A stretch of 64,000 nucleotides of DNA from positions 32,001 to 96,000 of the IMG/VR virus record IMGVR_UViG_3300020159_001521, one strand, 5' to 3'. The translations under genes and the position numbers were made by a program. Positions within the stretch are counted from its first letter, which is position 1. Each line of letters starts with the position of its first letter. Below, piece by piece: positions 57,270 through 64,000 of the stretch. The DNA is from a virus. Under the pieces are notes generated by a model. The model was not told the DNA's origin, did not search any database, and worked only from the letters and a program-made list of their open reading frames with translations.

Positions 57270-58235
57270 TTAATAAGTTTTATTTAATACAAAAATATCA
57301 CTGTATATACTGTTTCCTGCATTGTTACTTCCCCACTGAACTGTGATGTTTAATGTATTACTGATTGTGGTGTTAAATGTTGTATTGTTAACTACGTTAA
57401 ATGCAAATCCTTGAACTGATGCATTACTTGTTTTAGCGTAATGGAATGTTCCTAAAGAGACGATAGATGCTACGCCAGCTGTTCCTAGTTGTCTGATTGT
57501 GAAATCTACGTTTAAAGAAAACACATCATTTGTAATATTTGTAATTGGTTGAGCTCCACTGTCTAATAAAATGACAGATCCTGTTTTCACTCTAATTCTT
57601 ATAGTTTGGTTGTTGGCAGCGTTTAACACTCCTCCCATAATAGCTCTGAAGCTATCTCCAACAGCAAATCCATTAGCTGGAACACTTAATGTTCCTACAC
57701 CTCCATTTATTAATGATGTCTCTACTGTTGTTCCTGTTACGGGAGTGCTGTTAGCTGTCTCAGCAAATAGTCCACCACTACTTATAGGACCTGGAGGACC
57801 TTGAATACCTTGCACACCCTGAACACCTTGTATTCCTTGAATACCTTGAATGCCTTGAGGACCCTGAGGTCCTTGCAGATCACCTACATCATCCCAAGTG
57901 GTTGTTGCTGTATTCCATACATATAGAGAACCATCAGATTCAATAATCCAAGCTGTGCCTGCTGCACCAGGACTACCGCCAGCTCCTGCTAAGAATGCTG
58001 CAAGAGTGGGATAGGAACCAAGCACTGTAAGAGCAGCACCTGTTTCTCCTTGAGGTCCTTGCACACCTTGGATTCCTTGTATACCTTGAGGACCAGGAAC
58101 ACCTTGAGGACCTTGTGGGCCTACAATAACAGATGCAACATCTTTTATGAGAAGGTCTAAATTAAGCCAGCCCTTGTAACCGTTGCACGGTTTACAAACA
58201 CTTTCCCAAAATCCAGTTTTGACGAACGTAGGCAT
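57270..58235 (-). CDS. Collagen-like fibre protein
   Basis: Two Gly-X-Y (GPQ/GIQ) tracts plus beta-rich C-terminal domain. Confidence 0.85.
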   Translation of the reverse strand: MPTFVKTGFWESVCKPCNGYKGWLNLDLLIKDVASVIVGPQGPQGVPGPQGIQGIQGVQGPQGETGAALTVLGSYPTLAAFLAGAGGSPGAAGTAWIIESDGSLYVWNTATTTWDDVGDLQGPQGPQGIQGIQGIQGVQGVQGIQGPPGPISSGGLFAETANSTPVTGTTVETSLINGGVGTLSVPANGFAVGDSFRAIMGGVLNAANNQTIRIRVKTGSVILLDSGAQPITNITNDVFSLNVDFTIRQLGTAGVASIVSLGTFHYAKTSNASVQGFAFNVVNNTTFNTTISNTLNITVQWGSNNAGNSIYSDIFVLNKTY

Positions 58236-58318
58236 CTTAATTTATTAAAATGTTATAAAGGTATGATAATTGATATTATCTACAATGTCATTAATAAAAT
58301 TTAGTTTAACCAAAAAGA

Positions 58319-58447
58319 TTAATTTCCCTGTCCTCTGTATTTGCTAACAGGTTTATCTTTTGGTCCTCTGCTCTTTTGAGCTTTTCCTTTCTTTCTTTTT
58401 CCAAAGGTGAGCTTCTTAGACTCTCCTGATGATTTTAACTTTGCCAT
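58319..58447 (-). CDS. Small basic protein (42 aa)
   Basis: MAKLKSSGESKKLTFGKRKKGKAQK...KYRGQGN. Confidence 0.7.
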   Translation of the reverse strand: MAKLKSSGESKKLTFGKRKKGKAQKSRGPKDKPVSKYRGQGN

Positions 58448-58465
58448 AACTTATTGATTTTCAAG

Positions 58466-59218
58466 TTAATTTTTTCTCTTACCGTCATCTTGAGTGGCAT
58501 ATTTAATACCCATAATTGTTCCTACTATTGAAAAAGCATTTGTTAATAGTACACTAAACATGTTACTCCAAGTTGAACCAATGATCTGTGTATCCTTACC
58601 AGTGATCATAGCCATCCAATATAAAGCGGTTGTTATAACACCCACCCCAACAATTACTATCAAAGCAACCACTACAATTGTCTTAATTAACTCGGATTGA
58701 CTTTTCTTCATCAGTACATCCAAGTCATTTAACGCAGCATTCTTCTCTACTTCAATTGCATTTTTCAGTTGCTGTGATTTATCTAACTCAGTTTGCAAAT
58801 CTTTTGAAAGAGCGTCTATTTTATTTTTGCTATTGACAGTTTCTGTTATGTCAGTGGCAATCTTCATAACCTTAGTGATAGTACCGCTTTCATCAAATAT
58901 TGGGTTGTAAGTTGCTTGTAGATAGATAGAACTTCCGTCAATTTTCTTTCTCTCAAACTCACCTTCATAGAACTTACCGTTCTTTAAGGTTTCCCAAAAC
59001 TTTTTATACTCATCCGATTTTGAATATTCGTAGCTAACAAAAATGCTATGGTGTTTTCCAATGAGTTGTTTGTGGTCGCCCTCCTCATATCCCATCGCTG
59101 ATAGGAATATAGAATTCATACCTAATATATAACCGTCAAGGTCAAAATATATAATGGCATTACTTCTATTGATTGCTTCAAGCCTACTTAATAACTCTTC
59201 TTTAGATAGGTTTTTCAT
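58466..59218 (-). CDS. PAS/PAC sensor domain + coiled coil + 2 TM protein
   Basis: AINRSNAII.FDLDG...N..FL.AMGY...GKHH..F...EY..FW..L..G.F..GEF.R...ATYNPI.D..G...KV.K.ATDIT. Confidence 0.88.
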   Translation of the reverse strand: MKNLSKEELLSRLEAINRSNAIIYFDLDGYILGMNSIFLSAMGYEEGDHKQLIGKHHSIFVSYEYSKSDEYKKFWETLKNGKFYEGEFERKKIDGSSIYLQATYNPIFDESGTITKVMKIATDITETVNSKNKIDALSKDLQTELDKSQQLKNAIEVEKNAALNDLDVLMKKSQSELIKTIVVVALIVIVGVGVITTALYWMAMITGKDTQIIGSTWSNMFSVLLTNAFSIVGTIMGIKYATQDDGKRKN

Positions 59219-59494
59219 TTATTGAGCTGTTACGCTATCAATAACTACACTATCAACAATCTCAATATCTGTAATTTCTACAGGAACAGCTACACTATCA
59301 GCAGGAGCAGTAGCAAAAGCATCGCTTACAAAGTTGATAATTGCTTCAAAGTTCAATGACTCTTCGCTAATATATCCTTTCTGAGTAGCAAATACTCCAG
59401 CAGCAATAACCACTGCAGATAGAATGATTACAATAGGCTTTTTACCTTTGAACTTACCGATTAAGGGCAACAGTTTACTTATTAAATTTTTCAT
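59219..59494 (-). CDS. Single-TM membrane protein
   Basis: Basic N-terminus, hydrophobic helix, acidic tail. Confidence 0.75.
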   Translation of the reverse strand: MKNLISKLLPLIGKFKGKKPIVIILSAVVIAAGVFATQKGYISEESLNFEAIINFVSDAFATAPADSVAVPVEITDIEIVDSVVIDSVTAQ

Positions 59495-59498
59495 ACTT

Positions 59499-59756
59499 TT
59501 AATTTATGTTTTCGTTATTATCTTTTTTGTTAATGAACTTATCTACAGATGCTATACCAAAGGAACCTAAAGTTAACCACAGGAATGAATTGAATATAAA
59601 GTCTTGCACTACTAATTCCTTACCTAAAGCACCAGTGATGATGTCAGCAAAAGCAAACCCAACCATCATTAGGAATGCTAAAAAACCAATGAATGATTTT
59701 TCATTTATGTTGTTGTCATCACTGAATAGCGATTCAAAGAACTTCTTCATTTTCAA
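59499..59756 (-). CDS. Putative holin (2 TM)
   Basis: D.N.INEK..IGF...two TM helices...FGIASVDKF; adjacent to endolysin. Confidence 0.65.
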   Translation of the reverse strand: MKMKKFFESLFSDDNNINEKSFIGFLAFLMMVGFAFADIITGALGKELVVQDFIFNSFLWLTLGSFGIASVDKFINKKDNNENIN

Positions 59757-60218
59757 TCATTTAAAGGGTACGTAAGATGTCTTTCCACCAGATTTAACAG
59801 CCTTCAAGATTTGCTTACGTTGCTTACCAGTTGATTCATAAGATACATGTACCCAGTCAGGATTATTGTCTGTACCAAATTCCCAAATAAGTTGATCAAA
59901 TACTAAGTTATTCTTAATAAAATCAAATATTTGTTTGTTAGTAATAGAGGTGCCATCCATATCCAGGTCAATCGCTTCGCCCGAACAATGTTGTGAACTT
60001 AAACTTCCCCCAATCGCAACATTGAGCTCTTTTGATCTGTAGCCAGAACTGATGTGGATGGGCACTTTAAAATGTTCTCTTATAGGCTCAAATATATTCT
60101 CAGCCAGCTTCTTAAAGTTCTCCAGATGTTCTCCAGAAGGAGTGTTGTTAATACCTTTACGTTTAGCAGTTTCACTTCTGCTCACCTCAGCTAGAGATAG
60201 ATGTTTTGAAATTTGCAT
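59757..60218 (-). CDS. Endolysin, peptidase M15 family
   Basis: ISSGYRS..LN.AIGG...SQH..GEAID...FDQLIWE...WVHVSY. Confidence 0.92.
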   Translation of the reverse strand: MQISKHLSLAEVSRSETAKRKGINNTPSGEHLENFKKLAENIFEPIREHFKVPIHISSGYRSKELNVAIGGSLSSQHCSGEAIDLDMDGTSITNKQIFDFIKNNLVFDQLIWEFGTDNNPDWVHVSYESTGKQRKQILKAVKSGGKTSYVPFK

Positions 60219-60224
60219 AGTTTA

Positions 60225-60836
60225 TTATTTTTTAAGTTTTATTTTCCAATAAGCTCCTGCACCATATTGTAGAGCACCTTGTGTATTTATTCCTAAAGAA
60301 CCTCCAAACAGAAAATCATTTTTAGTTTTTAGAATTGCTCCCATACCTATTTGATTGATTTCAGGAGATGCTTGGATGGTTCCTCCTACATATAGTTGCG
60401 TTACTTTTTTTGCAGGTAGGGTGATAGTTTCTTTTATAATAGGATAGCGAATGTTCACCTGTGAAGACCTACCTGTAATAATGTTCTTTTGAACAGTGTC
60501 TGTAATAAATACATACCCATTACTGTCTATACGTATACTATCTGAGTGGATGTTCTTGGCTAGTAGTGTATTTACTACCTCCTGATATTGAATAAGAAGT
60601 TTGGCGTAGTTAGTATCTGGTATATAATGGTTGATTATAGTGTCATGTGATTCCACCTGAATAGTGTTGATCACTTTTGGTTTACTAACTATCAAAGAAT
60701 CCTTGACAACCCATGTAGTATCTCTCACCACTGTAGGCACTCCAGGATCTACAGATTGGGAACATTTCTGAAGAAGGATGGTTGCTAGTAATACAACTAT
60801 TAGTATTTTAAAAAAGTTGTTCTTTATAAACTGCAT
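60225..60836 (-). CDS. Putative spanin-like membrane protein
   Basis: N-terminal TM plus Cys, DT-rich linker, beta-stranded C-terminus; adjacent to endolysin. Confidence 0.55.
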   Translation of the reverse strand: MQFIKNNFFKILIVVLLATILLQKCSQSVDPGVPTVVRDTTWVVKDSLIVSKPKVINTIQVESHDTIINHYIPDTNYAKLLIQYQEVVNTLLAKNIHSDSIRIDSNGYVFITDTVQKNIITGRSSQVNIRYPIIKETITLPAKKVTQLYVGGTIQASPEINQIGMGAILKTKNDFLFGGSLGINTQGALQYGAGAYWKIKLKK

Positions 60837-60837
60837 A

Positions 60838-61149
60838 TTAACCTTTTAGATTATAATAAATAGTAGAGATGTACTGACCTAGAAGCAAAAGTGCACCTAT
60901 GATGGATATAACCCAGTAAACCTTCTTTCTGAAGTATTCATCTCTTTGTTGCTTCTTCTCAAGAATATAAATCTTTTCTTTCAACACTTCAATATCATCC
61001 ACAAAGCCTCCTCTCTTTGTTAAGGAGTTACCAAGGATTGCCTCAACCACTTGATTCAATTTTTTATCGATAGAATCTATTTTCTCTTCCATCTCTGTGA
61101 GTCTAATTTCCATCTGAGAAAGTTCTGCTGTTATGTTGCTGTTTTCCAT
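60838..61149 (-). CDS. Coiled-coil protein with C-terminal TM (XhlA/holin-accessory-like)
   Basis: Heptad repeats plus C-terminal hydrophobic helix. Confidence 0.65.
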   Translation of the reverse strand: MENSNITAELSQMEIRLTEMEEKIDSIDKKLNQVVEAILGNSLTKRGGFVDDIEVLKEKIYILEKKQQRDEYFRKKVYWVISIIGALLLLGQYISTIYYNLKG

Positions 61150-61158
61150 GAGTAGTTA

Positions 61159-63999
61159 TTAGTAGAAAGCGTTCCAAGCGGTTCCGTTATATCCGTAGTG
61201 TCTATTAAGGTCTGTATCGTAAACTATCAACCCAGCTGCTGGCGTAACAATTGCATTGCGTTGAGTGGTGGTCATACGAGGAGGTAAGAAACCTTGTGTA
61301 GTTGAATCCACTTGAAGCTTAGCTGAAGCAACTGGTGTAGCAACACCCACACCAACACTTGCTGCAAAGTAATTCTTATCATCAGCACCTGCTTGGTATA
61401 TACCCCATCTATTTGTTAATACAACAGTTGTACCGCCCCACTCTTTCAAATCATTAATTCTTACAGCAGCATAATCAGTGAATGTCACTGTACCTGTCAA
61501 GCTTGCTGGGTAAACACCCTGTATAAAGAGTGTAGCACCTTTATCTACGGTTCCACTATTTGCTCCACTTGCTTGCATTTGAAGCTGCATAACAGACAAT
61601 GGTCTGTACCCTGTTGTGGCACTGTTGGCCATTGTAACAGTACCAGTGGTGTCAAATTGTATGTTTGCTATATTAGCAGAGCCTGACCAAAGAGCATCTC
61701 CAAAAAGTGTAGTGGCTCCATTAAATCTGAAATAGTTAGCTCCTGTAACTGATGAGTAAACATTACCATCTGCACCACGGTTTCCTGCAGGAATATTCAA
61801 AACCTGTGAACCAAGAACACTTATTGTGTTAGCATTTGTAAAATTGGCTGCAAGTACTGTAGGACTCACTGTAAGCTTACCGTTAAGTAAGTTCTGCGCA
61901 CTACCTATGCCAAGCAATCCATATCCTCCATTATTACTCCATTCTACAGAGCGCCAATTACTTTCACTGACAACATTGTTTAGTACAGGGTTTATATAGA
62001 GACCTCTTGTAATAGCGTTTGCTGTTCCTGTCTGATTGATGTTTGGACTTAGTTCTAACGTATTGTATGCTATTGTTCCAGATACTGGAGCATATGATGC
62101 TGCTATTTGAATTGTTCTAGGCTTTGTAGCATGTGTTGCTCCAAAAAGATTAATTGATGTACCAAGGGAAGAGCATGATGATACACTAAATGTTCCGTCT
62201 GTTGCATCAGTTTTATATATATATCTCTTAGAAGCACCTTGTACCCTAAACCAAGCACCATCTCCTGCATATACATCTCCAGAATCTGCAACTTTCAGAC
62301 CTACGGATGCACTAGAGTTTTGTACAATAAGTGAGTTTGTTGTAGCGTCATTTCCTACACCAGAAATATGAAGTCTACTTGTTGGGGTTATTGCTATTCC
62401 TAAGTTTCCACCTAAGTAGTTATTAGCAGTTCCTGCTCCGTACAACCCCCAGCCTAAGCTATTTGACCACTCTATAGAACGCCAATCTACAGCACTTGTT
62501 ATCGTTGGATTAACATGCACACCTCTAGTAATTCCTGTTGCTGTTCCACCTTGAGCAATAGTTGGCTGAATTGAAAATGCCGTATACCTTATATCAGTTT
62601 GTGTTGGAGTGAATGACGATGCTGTTCTGATTCCAATTGCGTGCACACCAGTAGGAAGACCAGTTGTTGTGTACACTGGTGATAAATCAATACCAACCAA
62701 ATCCTCACTATTTGCAAAAGAGCTTAATTGAGATGTTACATGAAATCCTCTTGCTACATTAGAGGCAGCTATGACGGTGTTGTTAAGGAATAGCTTATTG
62801 CCTGGACTAAATGTAAACCCAGCATTCCCTGCTTGCGATGATGCTCCTGTCCAATATGTCACCTGACCAGATACGCCAGTCCCTGTTATGTTTCCTCCAG
62901 GAATTGCTTGTGTAGAAAGAACACCATTTGCATCAGCAACCACCATTCTGCTTCCAGTGCCCTGCAGATTAGATAGAGTGTTCACTCCTGTAGTCTTAAA
63001 TGTTCCTAAAATCTCAAAGAGATTTCCAGAGTTTGTAATTCCACCTACAGTGATGTTTCCACCAGAAAGAAAGTACATTCTAGAACCTGATCCACTTTCA
63101 TTAATTGCTAAGTCGTTGTTGAACGGACTTATATCCCATGTTTTATTGGCTGAAGATGAGTTTACTATACCTATAGCTGAGGCAGTGTTTGTAGTACTGA
63201 CAATCATTCCACCGCTAGTGTTAGCAAGTATTTGGAACGCATGACTGTATGTTCCTGTAGTTGGCGTTGGTATTGCTGTGTTAGTATTTACAAGAACACT
63301 TGTGCCGTTGTCATATACCAAGCTGTTAACTATTGAGCTTGTTCCTGTGGCTTTCGGAACATATCCTGATGTCAAAGCTCCTGTAATAAAATTTGTAGTG
63401 GCGCTTGATATCCTAAATTTAACATTTGTACCATCAAACCATAAGTCACCATTAGCTGGTGATGTTGGAGTAAAGCCAGAAGTGGCTAAGTTTAATTGAG
63501 CCTCTGCAACACTGTTTATACCTATGTTTACATAAGCACTAGTTCCAGAAGATGTACCTGACCTTACCTTTCCAGGTATTACAGCATTACCTGTACCAAA
63601 ATTAACCGTACCGTTGCTTCCAGTACTAAGATTTAATGTAGATGCATTTATCGTAAGAGCAGTGTACGCAGATGTTCCCCTGTTGTAGCTTATAATTAAT
63701 CCTGTAGAGCTACCTGTTAAATATCCAAACTCTAAACCAGCGCCTGTTGTTGGTAGTGTTGAGTTGGTTGTTCTCATTGTACCTGCAAACTCAGATGGTC
63801 CGCTTCCTGCAGATATTGCTCCAGTTATCTTTGCACTTCCTGCTACCTGAAGTCTATTAATACCATCGTCTGTTCTTGTTCCTAACAACAAGTTACCACC
63901 TAACCAAGTTGATACAGTGGATGTGTTTCCTATAAATGTTCTGTTAGAATCAGCAATTGCCTCTCCTATAGAATCAGAACCAATGAATATGTTATTTGA
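61159..63999 (-). CDS. Long fibre protein (5' truncated by window edge)
   Basis: Frame open to the end of the window; G/T/S/N-rich; C-terminal STTQGFLPPRMTTTQRNAI.TPAAGL.VYDTD motif. Confidence 0.88.
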   Translation of the reverse strand, partial: SNNIFIGSDSIGEAIADSNRTFIGNTSTVSTWLGGNLLLGTRTDDGINRLQVAGSAKITGAISAGSGPSEFAGTMRTTNSTLPTTGAGLEFGYLTGSSTGLIISYNRGTSAYTALTINASTLNLSTGSNGTVNFGTGNAVIPGKVRSGTSSGTSAYVNIGINSVAEAQLNLATSGFTPTSPANGDLWFDGTNVKFRISSATTNFITGALTSGYVPKATGTSSIVNSLVYDNGTSVLVNTNTAIPTPTTGTYSHAFQILANTSGGMIVSTTNTASAIGIVNSSSANKTWDISPFNNDLAINESGSGSRMYFLSGGNITVGGITNSGNLFEILGTFKTTGVNTLSNLQGTGSRMVVADANGVLSTQAIPGGNITGTGVSGQVTYWTGASSQAGNAGFTFSPGNKLFLNNTVIAASNVARGFHVTSQLSSFANSEDLVGIDLSPVYTTTGLPTGVHAIGIRTASSFTPTQTDIRYTAFSIQPTIAQGGTATGITRGVHVNPTITSAVDWRSIEWSNSLGWGLYGAGTANNYLGGNLGIAITPTSRLHISGVGNDATTNSLIVQNSSASVGLKVADSGDVYAGDGAWFRVQGASKRYIYKTDATDGTFSVSSCSSLGTSINLFGATHATKPRTIQIAASYAPVSGTIAYNTLELSPNINQTGTANAITRGLYINPVLNNVVSESNWRSVEWSNNGGYGLLGIGSAQNLLNGKLTVSPTVLAANFTNANTISVLGSQVLNIPAGNRGADGNVYSSVTGANYFRFNGATTLFGDALWSGSANIANIQFDTTGTVTMANSATTGYRPLSVMQLQMQASGANSGTVDKGATLFIQGVYPASLTGTVTFTDYAAVRINDLKEWGGTTVVLTNRWGIYQAGADDKNYFAASVGVGVATPVASAKLQVDSTTQGFLPPRMTTTQRNAIVTPAAGLIVYDTDLNRHYGYNGTAWNAFY

Positions 64000-64000
64000 G

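Noticed and set aside
51167-63999. Diversity-generating retroelement acting on fibre genes
   Set aside because: No reverse transcriptase in the window and no adenine-specific TR/VR pair noticed
1-64000. Stop-codon reassignment (TAG/TGA) as in some crAss-like phages
   Set aside because: All long genes are intact in the standard code, TAG and TGA are used as real stops, and no suppressor tRNA is seen
1-64000. CRISPR array or mini-array suggested by TTTCTAC-like loops
   Set aside because: The motifs are isolated hairpin loops kilobases apart with unrelated stems; there is no repeat-spacer periodicity and no cas gene

Overview
This window is a 64 kb segment of a crAss-like (Crassvirales-type) lytic dsDNA phage. 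Repeated TAnnTTTG -7 promoter boxes suggest a Bacteroidota host. It uses the standard genetic code and has three blocks. (1) 1-7.2 kb, minus strand: portal, large terminase, HU/IHF-like and small conserved genes. (2) 7.5-45.0 kb, plus strand: small early genes, a structured non-coding region, a tmRNA, then replication and nucleotide genes (LAGLIDADG endonuclease, family B polymerase, DnaB-like and SF2 helicases, Sak4-like ATPase, primase, UDG, rIIA/rIIB, class II RNR, RecA, dUTPase, PhoH) and a glycosyltransferase/methyltransferase trio. (3) 45.0-64 kb, minus strand: Lys-rich small proteins, a ferritin-like protein, modular fibre proteins and a lysis cassette. The best candidates for undescribed biology are four. 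First, a GT95/GT96-like glycosyltransferase sits between two genes for poly-Thr micro-proteins, possibly a virion O-glycosylation module. Second, a PAS-coiled-coil-2TM protein with no output domain lies next to the lysis genes. Third, there is a ~460 nt structured RNA containing a twister-ribozyme-like core with a large insertion. Fourth, the phage tmRNA has an unusually long 26-residue tag and is bracketed by hairpins sharing a K-U-C-Y tetraloop. All family calls come from motif recognition by eye; no searches were run.
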